Source of the DNA: Podarcis tiliguerta
Taxonomy: Eukaryota
Reading direction: 5' to 3' (one strand)
DNA: 64,000 nt
Assembly (NCBI GenBank): GCA_965153285.1
Contig: OZ229110.1
Every line of letters begins with the position of its first letter. Position 1 is the first letter of the stretch. Shown here piece by piece: positions 12,511 to 26,138 of the stretch. The notes below the pieces were generated by a model. It worked only from the letters and a program-made list of their open reading frames with translations. It was not told where the DNA came from and made no database searches. The position numbers were made by a program, and so were the translations under genes.

Positions 12511-15500
12511 AAGGTTTTTGTGGGCTACGATGAAATGATCTCTACTCCATGAAAACGTATGCCATGATAAACTGTTTAGACTACAGCATTTTCATTTTCA
12601 AGACTCAAGCACAATTTATCGGCATAACTGCAAATCTTGTGCTATGGCAGCATCCTACCCATGGGAAGAAAGGTAAATTCTGCTCTATGCCAATCCCCCT
12701 CCATCCCCTTAAAAGGCATATGGCAAAACCACTCTCTTCTGGGCCAAGTACACTGCATGAGGCAGACTGGATCTCCTCCATCATGCCCTGTCAATAGTCA
12801 ATCCAGTGTTACACATCCTATGCATAAGATATGATGTATCCTACAGTGAGTTGGAGGGGGAATTGGGAGATACTCTATAGATATGGCATACCTGTTTGTT
12901 TCAGATCCTTAACTACATCATACACTGTGCAAGCATACAGATGCAATTCACTGACCAATGAGGAGAAGTAGAATTGTTATTTTTGAAAAATAGCCAGCCG
13001 CTGATGGTTGACTGGAATTAGAAATGGCTTTGCTACTTGTTTTCTCCTATCTACACTATCCAATTTAAACTATTTCCCCCACCAGTTAATGGGTGACCAG
13101 CAGGGAAGGGTTTCTAATAACCTGTCAGCATCGGGTGATAACCACAGTGTATGAAAGGCAATGGATGGTTGCCAAAGAGGGAAAAGATCCTAATAGTTGT
13201 CTGAGTCCTTGTAAGCATTTTTCTAATGAAATAGTTAATTCTTTTTAACACTGAATAAAATTCAAGGGTGAGTCTTTTCACAAATGCATGATTAATGACC
13301 TATCTCTCTGTTTGAATATGGCTATAGAAAATAATGTTCCCAAATATATTTGAAGTCTACATTGCAATTTGACAGAGAACATACAATATACAACTTTTAT
13401 TGTGTTCAACCTCAAAACTGATGAAACATAGGGCCTCATTAATTTCTTTTGTAAACACATGCCAACTTGAAGGTTTAAAAACAGAGAGCCTAACATCTGG
13501 GAGTTAGTTCCATTGGAATCTTAAGCAAATGTGCTTATAATCAACGTGTAAATTATCTGTTTGGTTGTCATTATATGACTGATGGATGGATGAATCTAAA
13601 ACTTCAAAGTGTGTATTACTTTGAGAACATTTAAGGAAGTCTCTCTCTCAGCTAATAATGATTTCTTGTTTACAAAATATATATAATATAAAATCAAAAG
13701 AGAACACGTATTTGTCTCACCCAAATCCAGCGTTTTCAATGTTTATCCAGTATCTGAACATAGAGATTAAAATGGCTGGCAATTTTTGGAGACAGCAAAG
13801 GACATCAATGCTAGCACATAACTGTGGGTGTTTCAAAATAGAACTAGCAGCAGCCAGGAGAACTTTTCACCATCTCTATGTGTATTACTGAAAGACTATA
13901 TAAATACTGTATACCAGATACCGAGTAACTTACAATAATTCAGATGGAGAGGTTGAAATATGCTTGCTAATAGTTTAAAATCAAGATTGCCACTTTCGAG
14001 CAGGGTTATGTTGCCTCAAACAACTGAACAGGCAGAAATTCATCAGGTACAACTTTTCCCAGAGTGGAGGTGCAGTGATATAAAATTTTCAGTTGATTTT
14101 CTCCCTTTACGCAGCCATTCAAAGGACAATAATTTTAGCAAGTAAAAATGGTAGCCCTACTCAAAACATTCTGCTGACACAGTGGCTTAGTAGGGATAGT
14201 TTATTGTTAGTAGCCCATCATTGCTCTCAAGACAGCACTGGCTTTCTACAACTGTCTTATCACAACTCAAGATATTGCTTTTTAATTATTATTATTTTTA
14301 AATAATAGAGCCCTGTTTCCCCAAGGGACAATTCACCATTAAAATTCAGCTACAAGCCCACCGTTTAAAATTCCCATTTAGAGTTAACTGAATACACCTG
14401 CTCATGAATGTTTTTAGTCTTATTTGCTGAAAGACACATTCCTCAGCTTGCTTCCCCTTCATCAATATCATTTCAGTTTTCATCCACAGTGCCAGCAAAG
14501 AGATCTTGTGTGACAGATGTAGATCAAAGGAGCAAATTTGCAAAATAAAACCAAGGGGGGAAAAGCAACGGAGTAGTTAAGGGAAACCTGCCACAATCAA
14601 CTTTATTCTTATAGGGTGATTTTAAATAATACATAGCACACCTCCTCTAATCATATAAAAGCAGCAAAAGCTAGCTCCATGGAGGTATGTAAGACAAACC
14701 CTCTCACTCTCACGTTTTGAAGCTGTCTGTGTGTTCCTGGGAATAAACATATCGCTACACGTTTCTTTCCCCCCGCTGGAAGAGACAGCTAGTCTGTCCT
14801 CCTGGGCGAAAGCTGCAAGAAGAGTTTCCACAGTGAGAAAGGCCATTCTTCATACAAAAGTGAACAGAAGTCCTAAGGGGCTACTTTGGAAGCAGTCTGC
14901 CTTCCACAGAAATCTCTTATCTAGCCCACCTTGCCTTCAGCAAAGGCTAGTACCAGACACTGACTTCCAGTCTGTTTCAAGGCCCAATACGAAGTGCTGG
15001 TCCCGGTTCTGTCCATTCTTAACTTTATTTTCCGGTTTTTAAATACATATAATGAACAATCTCCACATATAGCCACATAAAAGGTGGCTTTTGGCCATTC
15101 CAATACTTCAAAATCTTCATCTTCCCCACCTGAGGTACAGTGGCTGGTTTTGGGGAACAGGGCCTTCTTAATGTTGGTGCCACAGCTTTGAAATGTTTCC
15201 CGAAAGGCTCAATTGGCACCACTCAGATTTCGTTCCGCTGCTGAGCAACACCCTTTCTCCTTTTCCCAGCTATGGTTGCTCTGTTTCACTGGGGAGCCTG
15301 CTTTTATTGCGTTCCCATTTTTATGTCGTTTTGATGCCTCCGTTTTGATGCTATATTAAACATTTTTATTGTAAGCTACCCTGGCAATGCAAGGGGATGC
15401 TGGGCTTTGCTGGAGCCGGGATTCTCTCAGAACCTCGTGAAGCAATACATGTCTCTGGGCATATGCAGAGTGCTTTTCTCCATCAGTCAGTAACTTAAAT

Positions 15501-15559
15501 CTAAACAGCCAACGATCCCAGGTCCGAAACCCGGGAGCAAGACGATTCAAGCTGGCAGG

Positions 15560-16190
15560 ATGTGGCTTCCCAAAGCCACCTCCACCGCCGGCACTTTCTC
15601 TTTCGGAGCGTCAGCTAACTAAGGAAAGAGCTTCGAGAACAATCGAGAAACTTCGCCCAGGAAGCGGCTCGAGGCTTTCAGCCAAAACGCTCGGCAAGCG
15701 GCAAACAGATAAAGGCTCGTCAGGAGCCGCCGCGCGTTGCCGGCCCTCCAAGCTCCGGAGAGTTGCAAAGAATTAGGGATAGCCGAGCAAAGGCGGCTCT
15801 GGTCTGCGCCAGCCGGAGAGCGAGCGAGCTTCTCGCGGCGGAGCGAAGGAAACGGCCCTGCCGAGCCCATTGCAGGCTTGAGGAGCGGGGCAGGAGTCGG
15901 GGGCAGATGCCGCTGCCCGCGTCTTCCCTTTCCCAGTCAGCCATTCAAGCCGGCCCGCTTGTTGTGCAAACGGCAGCCGCGCGACCACCCACTCGCGGCG
16001 GCGGCGGCGGCGGCGGCGGCGGCTTCTTCTCCCAGGCAGGCGTCGCCCCCGCTTCGGTAGCAGCTCTTTTCCTGGCTGGCCGGAGACCGGCAGCGCCCTC
16101 GGAAAGTCTCCGCCTCGTGGCCTAGAGCGCAGGAAGACGCGCAGGAGCCTCAGCCCAGGCCCGAGAAGAAGAGGTGGCGGCGTTTCCAAA
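15560..16190. promoter_or_regulatory. Second CpG island containing a (GGC)n tract; probable alternative promoter or first exon
   Basis: CpG-dense; no recognisable protein in any frame. Confidence 0.75.
15995..16023. repeat. (GGC)~9 trinucleotide repeat
   Basis: Direct read. Confidence 0.95.
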
Positions 16191-16461
16191 AGTACCAGCA
16201 AAGTTCTTCAGCTGTTTTTTTAACCCAACACTTTTATAAAAAGGAAACGACCAAAATGGTTGAGCTTGGGGAAACGTCATTTTTGGCGCTTTTTCCATCA
16301 CGTTGTTGCCACTTAACCGGGTTTTCAAGACATTCGGCCAATTCAGCCAAAAAAAACCCAAACACCGATTTTAAAATTTTATTTATTAAATTTAAAAACT
16401 TGGGGGGGGTGTCTCAGGGCAGTTCGCCCCCAAACCAGGACATGTCAGGAATTTGAAGTCA

Positions 16462-17917
16462 ACCCTGTTTAGGGAAGTTTTTAATGTTTGATCGTGTTTT
16501 TAATAGAATCATAGAATCATAGAGTTGGAAGAGACCACAAGGGCCATCGAGTCCAACCCCCTGCCAAGCAGGAAACACCATCAGAGCACTCCTGACATAT
16601 GGTTGTCAAGCCTCTGCTTAAAGACCTCCAAAGAAGGAGACTCCACCACACTCCTTGGCAGCAAATTCCACTGTCGAACAGCTCTTACTGTCAGGAAGTT
16701 CTTCCTAATGTTTAGGTGGAATCTTCTTTCTTGTAGTTTGGATCCATTGCTCCGTGTCCGCTTCTCTGGAGCAGCAGAAAACAACCTTTCTCCCTCCTCT
16801 ATGTGACATCCTTTTATATATTTGAACATGGCTATCATATCACCCCTTAACCTCCTCTTCTCCAGGCTAAACATGCCCAGCTCCCTTAGCCGATCCTCAT
16901 AAGGCATTGTTTCCAGGCCTTTGACCATTTTGGTTGCCCTCCTCTGTACACGTTCTAGTTTGTCAGTGTCCTTCTTGAACTGTGGTGCCCAGAACTGGAC
17001 ACAGTACTCCAGGTGAGGTCTGACCAGAGCAGAATACAGTGGCACTATAACTTCCCTTGATCTAGATGCTATACTCCTATTGATGCAGCCCAGAATTGCA
17101 TTGGCTTTTTTAGCTGCCGCGTCACACTGTTGGCTCATGTTAAGTTTGTGGTCAACCAAGACTCCTAGATCCTTTTCACATGTACTGCTCTCAAGCCAGG
17201 TGTCACCCATCTTGTATTTGTGCCTCTCATTTTTTTTGCCCAAGTGCAATACTTTACATTTCTCCCTGTTAAAATTCATCTTGTTTGTTTTGGCCCACTT
17301 CTCTAATCTGTCAAGGTCGTTTTGAAGTGTGATCCTGTCTTCTGGGGTGTTAGCCACCCCTCCCAGTTTGGTGTCATCTGCAAATTTGATCAGGATGCCC
17401 TTGAGTCCATCATCCAAGTCGTTGATAAAGATGTTGAATAAGACCGGGCCCAAGACAGAACCCTGTGGCACCCCACTAGTCACTCTTCTCCAGGATGAAG
17501 AGGAACCATTGATGAGCACCCTTTGGGTCCGGTCAGTCAGCCAGTTACAAATCCACTGAGTGGTAGCATAGTCAAGACCGCATTTTACCAGCTTCTTTAC
17601 AAGAATATCATGGGGCACCTTGTCAAATGCCTTGCTGAAATCAAGGTAGACTACATCCACTGCGTTCCCTTCATCTACCAGGCTTGTAATTCTGTCAAAA
17701 AATGAGATCAGGTTAGTCTGACATGACTTATTTTTCAGAAATCCATGCTGACTATTGGTGATCACAGCATTCCTTTCTAGGTGCTCACAGATTGTTTGCT
17801 TAATGATCTAATATTATTTCTATAATAATATTCTGTTGGGAGCCGCCCAGCGTGGCTGGGGAAACCCAGCCAGGTGGGCAGGGTAGAAGTAATAAATTAT
17901 TATAAATTATTATTATT
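16462..17917 (+). mobile_element. L2 3' tail (16462-16505 plus 17826-17917) split by a CR1 insertion
   Basis: ccctgtttagggaagtttttaatgtttgat...taata resumes as taatattctgttgggagccgcccag. Confidence 0.8.
16503..17809 (-). mobile_element. Young 5'-truncated CR1 LINE with uninterrupted RT/C-terminal ORF (16581-17765, 394 aa)
   Basis: Motifs [36 protein letters not shown]; (ATTCTATG)n tail. Confidence 0.97.
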
Positions 17918-18467
17918 TTCCTGGTGTATGAAAAGTCTAAGTTTCTCTGTCTCCCTCTCTGCCGCTGCCGCACCTTCCTGCAGGCCGACGCTCTGCTTTG
18001 AATCCACCCAGGATCCTGGGGCAGGAAAGGGGCGTCGAGGTGAAGGGAAAATGTAGGGCTGCAGTTTTGAGGGGCGAGGGAGCAGGCATCACGGCGCAGG
18101 AGCAAAGTGTGAGCTTGGCGGGTTTCAGGCTCTTAAGGTTAACTCAAAGGAAGTCAGAAGCAGATCTTGCTCTCTTTCTTTTGAGTAACCCTGTTTCAAG
18201 TGCAAGAGGTCAGCTGCAGCGCACGTGAAGTGAACGCCTGCCCCTTGAGCATGTGCAGAGCGTGCTTCTACCGGCGGCGATGCTGTACATTTAGGATGGA
18301 GGTCAAGGCGTTCAGACGGCATTTCGCACTAACGTGTGGTTTCTACAAACCATACTCTTTCCCCACAGTTTTAGTGTGATCTGCTGCAATGGGGGCCATG
18401 GTTGTAGCCAATTAGTGAACTGGAAGTGAACTGGCAAGCCATGCAGCTGTTTTAAAACAGGAGTTAT

Positions 18468-19126
18468 TGTGGGTTCTAAATGGAACCCCATCTAGTAATT
18501 TGGCTTCTGCGTCTTTGAACAGTTAAGTTTCTAAGTCATCTTCTGTTGATGGCCAGGGAAAGAATATAGATACTGTATTTGAAGGAAAATTCCCTGGGTG
18601 CCAAGATTGAAGTTTGGGGCAAGTACTCTGCTGAGAGAACCCCAGCAGAGATTTAAAATCACAAAATACTCAGTAAAGTAAAGCATGGAAATATAGGCTG
18701 CTAGACCTTTAAAATATACTCTTGTGAGCTCCAACACTTCCCTCTTCCCTTAGCATAAAAAAACACACCACACATTTGGTAAGTTAAAAATGGTTTACTT
18801 ACAAACTTCAAATATCTGGTTCATGTGCTTTTCCATATAACATTCAGCAGAGGTTGCACAGGCAGTAAAAATTGGTTTAGTTAGAGTGGTGAAAGTTCCT
18901 AAACTATTAGTACAGGAACTCAAGAAAGGCTTGTGAGAGCCATGCTCACATGTTGAGCTTCTCTGGTAGACGAGGAAGGAACAGTAGGCTAAATAGCTAA
19001 GCGTGGCAGGACAGTTTACTCTGTGGTCTTAACCCCTTTGTGTATTAATTAGACTTATGCATGTTGGTTATAGCAGAGTGGTTATCCCACATCTTCAAGG
19101 AATGCCCATGTACAGCACATTCCAAT
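18468..19126 (-). mobile_element. Possible solo LTR
   Basis: TG start and LTR-like composition; no clear TSD, boundaries uncertain. Confidence 0.3.
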
Positions 19127-19169
19127 AATTCAATCTGTAAATTACATGAGTTTGGAGCACAACCACCAA

Positions 19170-19455
19170 GTAATCTCTGCCCAAAAGCAGCTGGAACTGG
19201 AAACAGGCACTCCTAGCCACCAAGACCACCTGAGCCTCCAGTAACAATGCTGGATCCAGAAGTACCCTTATGCAATGAACCTCCTCCTATGAGGGTTTGA
19301 TCTGGCTGGGAAGGAGACAATCTCCCCACCTCTGGGGCCCAAGAACTCCGAGCAGGTAGCAACTCTGTTTTATCAGTATTCAGCTTGAATTTATTGACCC
19401 ATATCTAGCCCCTTTCCACTTCAAACAGCAGCCTAGCATGCTTCAAGCATATCTC
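19170..19455 (-). mobile_element. Degenerate L2 ORF2 internal fragment
   Basis: Minus-strand translation resembles NKFKLNTDKTELL...VLLDPALLLEAQVVLVARSA. Confidence 0.7.
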
Positions 19456-19804
19456 TTCTATCTTTTCTAAGCTAACCTTTTAACCAGGAAGTTGTAAGAA
19501 GCAATACTTGGTTTTGTTCACTGATAGGGATGACTTTATAACTGCTCAATGACGATCAGAATTAAATGTTAAATTACCGGTACATCTTTATCCAATTTGA
19601 AAAGGTAAGAGAAATGCTTTTGATTCATTCAAATCTAATGGATTTGTGGTGCCACACTAAGCTTCTACTGTATATTTTAGAAAGTTGTTTGTTCAGCATG
19701 CATTTGGATACCTCTAAAGATATTACAGCCATTTTTTTCATGCTAGTTCCTGAGATCAAGAAGCAGGTTTTCATCTATGCTTGGATACAATTGGATGCCA
19801 TTTT

Positions 19805-20055
19805 GAGAGCCAGTGTGGTGTAGTGGTTAAGAGCGGTGGACTCCTAATCTGGGGAACCGGGTTCGCGTCTCCACTCCTCCACATGCAGCTGCTGGGTGAC
19901 CTTGGGCCAGTCACACTTCTCTGAAGTCTCTCAGCCCCACTCACCTCACAGAGTGTTTGTTGTGGGGGAGGAAGGGAAAGGAGAATGTTAGCCGCTTTGA
20001 GACTCCTTAAAGGGAGTGAAAGGCAGGATATCAAATCCAAACTCTTCTTCTTCTT
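19805..20055 (+). mobile_element. Squam3-type tRNA-derived SINE with (CTT)n tail
   Basis: A box (tggtgtagtgg), B box (ggttcgcgtc), L2-like tail. Confidence 0.88.
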
Positions 20056-23000
20056 AATCAAGACTGAACCTTTAAAAACTGCACCATTTAAACCACCAAT
20101 TTCAAAACTGCAGATTTTTTGTTGTTTCTTAGAATTCCCAAGCAATGCTGGGTCCAAGGCTTCTAGTTCACAGTATAGGGAAAAGTTTGGGTTTTCTTTG
20201 GCAACAGCAATATGTATGTTGGAAAGAACTTCAGATGCTTTATGAGAGAGGACTGGTTTTCTTTTGACTTTAGGCCCTTTCACACATTGTAACATTCTAC
20301 ATGGTGATATATAAAAGGAAAGTACTATACTACATGTTTATGACATCTCTCATCTGTAGAGCCAGTTTGCTGGCATGAAACATGGTGATTTCTACGCAGA
20401 TGTGTATTCTGTCTAGGAATGTTGCAGTGTGTAAAGTGACTCTGAGAGAAACAACACCTGCCTGCTACTGAATTGCTAACTACAAACTCTAAAAAGGATT
20501 TAACTTGGATTTCTGGAATTTTCTGAAGTCAGCGTTTTATCCAAAGGCTGCTTCATATGCTCATGTCTTTGGCTACCGCCACATGTCCAGGGCTCTTATG
20601 GAGCTGCAATAACTTTTAAATGCTTCCCTATGTGAGTCTGCTAAATAGTGTGGGAAACACAAAACCCAGTACTGCTTACCCCAGAGAAATGCAATAACTG
20701 GTTTGATACTTTGTTCTCCAGCGAAACTCCATGGTATTTAAGCATTCTCATGGCTACAGGGATCTCAACCACATGTCTGGTTTTCGGTGACACCACTTTC
20801 AAAAACATAAAAGTTTTTGAACCAAGCACAACTTGGTATTCTATTTTGTGTTTATGTTCTCTTATGTCTGAATGTACATTTTATTATCTTTTCCCTAAGT
20901 TGATTAATCACCTTCCTTTTAACCAGTTAATTGTCTGATTGAGTAATTTTAATTAAATTTTGCATATCACCCAAACTTCATTGTGGGTGCTTTTTTGAGG
21001 TATTAAAGTGTGAGGCAACATAAAACAAACAAATCAGAAAGAAATGCTGTCTTTACTGTTTTGATTTCCTATTACAGTAAAACACCAGAACTGAAATAGC
21101 CATATCTGGCTGACCATCCTATACACAATGAGTAAGAATAATTCAGCTGAGTGCAATTTACTTCTCGGTTGACATACAGTGGATTCCACTGTAAAATACA
21201 TAAAATGACTTTGTCTTCAGACCTCTTTTAAAACACACCTATTCGTGTTAAAGGGCTGAATTGTGATCAGGAAAGATGCTTCCATATAGCCAAAAATCTG
21301 CCTTTGCTCCTGGATCCCATGTGTGCTTTCTTTTTCCGCAGTGCCTCCACTTGTGAATGACTGGGCAGAGAGTTTCCTTGTCAGCCTCCGAGAATTTCTT
21401 CGTTCTTTTTAATCTCTCATGAGAAATGCACAGTGGAGCACTCCTGTCATATCAGAGTTAGAATGAATGAGATAAGGATTCTAAAGCACTCTGTAGAATT
21501 CTCGTGCTGTATACATGATTAATAACAATGAAGTGACTGGGCATTTTGGAGTGGATTTACCTTAGTTAGTGAATTTCCTTATTTCCCCTTGAATGTTCAG
21601 AGAGCAGCGATTAATATTAATGTGCAATTAGAGAACTGGAAACAAAAGCTGGAAATGGAAAGCATGCCATTAAAAAATTGTAATAGACTCCAGTCTGAAG
21701 TGCGAGTCTATAACCTCCCCAACAGGCATTCCCGCCCTCCTGCATAATCAGCACTTACTATAAAAGGCATCTCCACATTCAGAACAATTCTTACGTAGAT
21801 CCTAATTAGAGAGGAGCTCAGTCATTGCCTGTGTGACTTCTCTGGCTATCTATCAAAGCCTGTTATTTTTAAATAAGGGGTCTTCCTGCTCCAGAGTTTC
21901 TGCTCCTACCCGCTCCCAAGAATGAAGCTCTACTGCTGAATTTATAACATTACATTACATGCATTCCCATGGCAACAGACTGTGATGTTGCAAAAAGAGA
22001 ATTATGACTTCACTACAGGTGCTGCCACAAAGAGAAGCTGGGTTACCCAGGAGGAAGTAAATATTCAGAAAGAACATCTGATGCAACAGGGAAGGGAATA
22101 AAGCTCAGCAATGATAGAATGGCTGTTATTTGTGCCAATGTACTGTATCCAAAGAGCATTTGCTTAATTGTGTTGCATCTCGCCTCTATGTACTAAACCA
22201 CAAAACTGAGCTATGAACATAGGGAGAGTGCCTTACAGCGTGTGTCAGGGTGTTTCCAGGCAGGTGTTTATTGTGGGAACAATTCTCATCAGGGAAGTTT
22301 TTCACTGCGTCTACACGGTGTTCTGAAAATGCTAGCTCACATTTTCTTCTCATTTAATCCAGCAAAAAGTCTTTTAAAATATACCTGTTGTCAACAACCT
22401 ATTTGATGTCTCAACAATTGATTTGTAGTATTTAAACCCCATCTGGAGGCACCTTTTTGTCAGACAACAGGTCCATCTTATAGCCCAGTATTATATACTG
22501 ACTGGCTGTGATTCTCCAGGGCCCCAGGGAACGGTCTCACCCCTGTCCCACCTGGAGATGCTAAGGACTGAATTTCTGCCTGCAAAGCCTGTGCTCTGCT
22601 ATTGAGCTACAACCCTTTATTCATTCATTTAGGCTAAAATCCTATGTCCACTTATCTGGCAGTAAAACCAATTGAAATGAGCAAGACCTTTATCTGAATA
22701 TATAGGATTGCAGATCAAGGCCCTTAACACGTTCATCAGGGGTTAGTCCTGGATTTAATTTAATGTTAGGTTTTAATCTTAAGAGTATGCGAAGTTAATA
22801 ATAAAGAAGAGAGATCTTCTGATTGTAGACATACAAAAGTGTTATGCTGACAGTTCATTTTGTTTGCAGCCTGATTTCCCGTTTAGCTCCCATTGTGGCT
22901 TCCTCTCATTAGAATGGTGTAAGCGATGGCATCACGTAGAAGACAATGGAGAAACCCAAAACTTCTGTCACTGCAGTGATCTGGTAGCCATTTGTAGCAT

Positions 23001-24754
23001 TGGAGTTTGATGGATATATTGCAGCAATGTGCAGAAAGACTCTGGTTGAAAGGATAGATAAAACTTTAAAGATTTATTACTCAAGGCAAACAAAGTCATT
23101 GCAAATAGATGTGAAGTTAACACTGACACACATTAGCTCATACTCAGACTAACTCGGAAAAGAAGCAAGAAGGAAGTAAAGCCTGAGAGTTGGTGATCTA
23201 CTTGACGAACAGGTAAAGTTACTAAAAGAGAAGGAATCAGTAAGGGATGAATAGGTTGCTTTTCTGTCTGTTCCATCCCCACGGATTCCGATAACTTATT
23301 GCAAGCTTTACTGTTGCTTTACTCCTAATAAGCAGCATGCCCCAATCCACGCTCCACCAAAGTAGTGTGGGAGATTTAGCAGCCCAACCTAGCAATGCAT
23401 ATTATTCCTAGTTAGCATGAGAAGGGGCTAAGACCACAGAGCTGAATTCTGATAGGCAAAGACAGGCCATAGAAATTTAACTGTTAGAGAGGGCTCTGTG
23501 TGATGTCAGCAGCATCATTATCATCTCCAAGCAACTCAAGAGCAGCTATACATGGAGCAACCTCCATTTATTCTTGCAACACTCTTATGACGTATGTAAA
23601 AATGAGTGGTGATTACCAGTCCAGTGTGAACCTGTGGAATGCATGGCCGAGGTGGGATTCAAACCCATGTTTCCCACGTCTTTAACCACTACACCACAAG
23701 CCCTGTATCTGATAGTCATACAGAAAATTAATCCCATTGTGTAATATGTCGGTGTCTCTCTGGCTTTGCATAACAAAAGTGGGAGGCAAATAATAGAATT
23801 GTAATTATTGCTGCTTGCTTCCCACTGTGATAAAAACAAATTTATTGCCTCCTGTGTGAATCACACCCAAGGGCATCTCTCTGGCTGTTGTTGGAGGGAG
23901 AGGGCTGGGTTAGATAGATCTGATTCAGGAAAGCAGTTCTTATGATGATGTTGTTGTCATCGTTCTGCTCTTAAACAGTCTTCTCTAACCCGGTGCTCTC
24001 CAGATGTTTTGGACTACAGTTTCCATCAGCCCCAGCCAATGTGGGAGCTACAGTTCAGCACACCTGGAGGGCACCAGCTTGGGGAAGGCTGTCCTGGAGA
24101 TGATCACATTTGGGGCTGTTTACAAATCTGCACTGTGTTCTTTATCATCCAGGGCCTGTGGCTTGTGGCAAAATACACTTTAAAACAAGGGGTAGTGTTA
24201 ATAGTATGTAATGAATTACGCAAAAAGCGCTGCTAGGGGGTGAAAAAGACAAAATATTAACTTTGTGTAAAACATTTGAATTTTAATGCTGAGTGCTGAC
24301 TTAGAACCTCACGTTTTCTTCCGCTTGCTTTTGGTTAGCAGGACTGAGAAACGGGGGGAGGGGGTAGCTGGTAATATTTTCTTTCGTCATAATTTGGCAG
24401 CTGGAGCGGGGGGGGGGGATCTCTTTTTCCCTTTCTCTCACCTATGTCCCCTGTTACTACTTTGTGTGCTGTTATTGCAAGCCAAGCCGCAAGTAGAGTG
24501 CTTGACAGGAGGAGAAGATCCAGATTTGCAAACATCCAGCATAGAATATCTACATTTCAAACTCAGAGCTTTGTGCTACAGCAGCCTTTGCAAACCTGGG
24601 GCCTTGCCTAGAGTGCAAAATAGCCTGGCACCAGCACTGGCTAGGATTGCCAGCTGCTTCTCTTTTTTTACCAGCTTCTGCTCCTGTGCCTTCAACAGCA
24701 GGTTGATCGGCTGATATCAGCAGTTATAATGCTTATTTGTCTACTGTGAGAAGC

Positions 24755-25829
24755 TTTTTGTAGTTTAGTCGTGTCTGACTCTTCCATGACCCCATGGACC
24801 AGAGCACACCAGGCACTCCTGTCTTCCACTGCCTCCCGCAGTTTGGTCAGACTCATGCTGGTAGCTTCGAGAACACTGTCCAACCATCTCGTCCTCTGTC
24901 GTCCCCTTCTCCTTGTGCCTTCAATCTTTCCCAACATCAGGGTCTTTTCCATGGAGTCTTCTCCTCTTCTTCTTCTTCTTCTTTAAATATTTTCTTGATT
25001 TACAGAAGTATGTGTAATGTCTCTTGTATTTTTTCCATGTAACATTTTTACAAATCAGTTTCATTTGTTGAGACATTAGGAAGAAAAGGGGGGGGGGGAG
25101 ATGGGGGGGTCGGGTAGCGATGTTTCTATTTTGCTTAATGTATGTAGGGTTTGGTGTCAGCGTTACTTGTGCAAGTCCTCTGCTGTTCACTTGTGTTCCT
25201 TTGGTGGTGAGAGAGGTTGAGGTTGGCCTAGAGTGTGGTTGTTTAGCAGCCAGAAACACCATAACCAGACACTGGATAGACCTGTCGGGAGTAAGCATGG
25301 ACCAATGGTACCAAATAGTATGGGAAACAGCCCTACTAGAAAAATCAACCAATAAACTGAAACTGACCCAGGGACAAACAGAAGAAGACGCATTTACTCC
25401 GTTATGGCTCCCCTTTATCACATACACAGCTCAACAAGACAATGACAATAATCCACCAACAGCATACAAATCAATATGGCTAACCTGATCCAAAACACCC
25501 ACCCACCTCACTCACACACGAAAACAAAGATCACCACAGTCTTCTCTTCTCATGAGGCGGCCAAAGTATTGGAGCCTCAGCTTCAGCATCTGTCCTTCCA
25601 GGGAGCACTCTGGGCTGATTTCCTTAAGAATGGATAGGTTTGATCTTCTTGCAGTCCATGGGACTTCAACACCATAATTCAAAAGCATCAATTCTTCGGC
25701 GATCAGCATTCTTTATGGTCCAGCTCTCACTTCCATACATCACTACTGGGAAAACCATAGCTTTTACTATACGGGCCTTTGTTGGCAAGGTGATGTCTCT
25801 GCTTTTTAAGATGCTGTCTAGGTTTGTCA
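24755..25829 (-). mobile_element. BovB (RTE) LINE 3' fragment, split by an insertion at 24964-25537
   Basis: Encodes LDSILKSRDITLPTK...YGSESWTIK, EKTLMLGKIEGTRRRGRQRTRWLD. Confidence 0.92.
24964..25537. mobile_element. L1-clade LINE fragment with 5' inversion (3'UTR and tail on minus, ORF2 end on plus)
   Basis: Plus-strand LAARNTITRHW...QWYQIVWETALLEK...FTPLWLPFITY (L1 ORF2 C-terminal type); TSD AGTCTTCTC. Confidence 0.8.
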
Positions 25830-26138
25830 GGCCAATATCTACAAAGGCGTAGGAGTAAACTAGGTCTGCTATTCTCTGGTTAGCTGTCTGCAACCCTAAA
25901 GAGATCTATCAGGGTGTTTGTACAGAGCAGGGGGCTAGAAAATCAAGTGCACAGAGATGGGACAAGGATGTGATGAAAGCCAAGCTTCAGTGCTCTAGCT
26001 GTGAGGCTGGCATGGCTCTAACTTGGGAAGGCAAAGAGGAAGAAGCAGAAAACCGAGTAGGTCAGACAACAAGGGATTGTCTGATCACTTCAAATCTCTG
26101 AGGTTCTTCTGCTACTAGAAGGCACAGTCTGCAAGTAG

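Noticed and set aside
15619-16201. Poly-Ala/Gly/Arg ORFs, including RRRRRRRRREWV that superficially recalls a basic stretch in BAHD1
   Set aside because: Produced by the GGC repeat; the flanking residues do not match BAHD1, and no BAH-domain exon is present in the window.
16581-17765. 394-aa reverse transcriptase ORF as a host gene or retron-like system
   Set aside because: A typical 5'-truncated CR1 ORF2 with the CR1 tail; no promoter and no true start.
19805-19880. tRNA gene (also at 42430-42487)
   Set aside because: A/B boxes belong to SINE heads; no complete cloverleaf, and each is followed by a SINE body or tail.
24642-25897. Outer hAT MITE (taggattgcca...tgcaacccta) enclosing BovB, giving triple nesting
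   Set aside because: TIR-like ends are present but no matching TSD was found; not supported enough to call.
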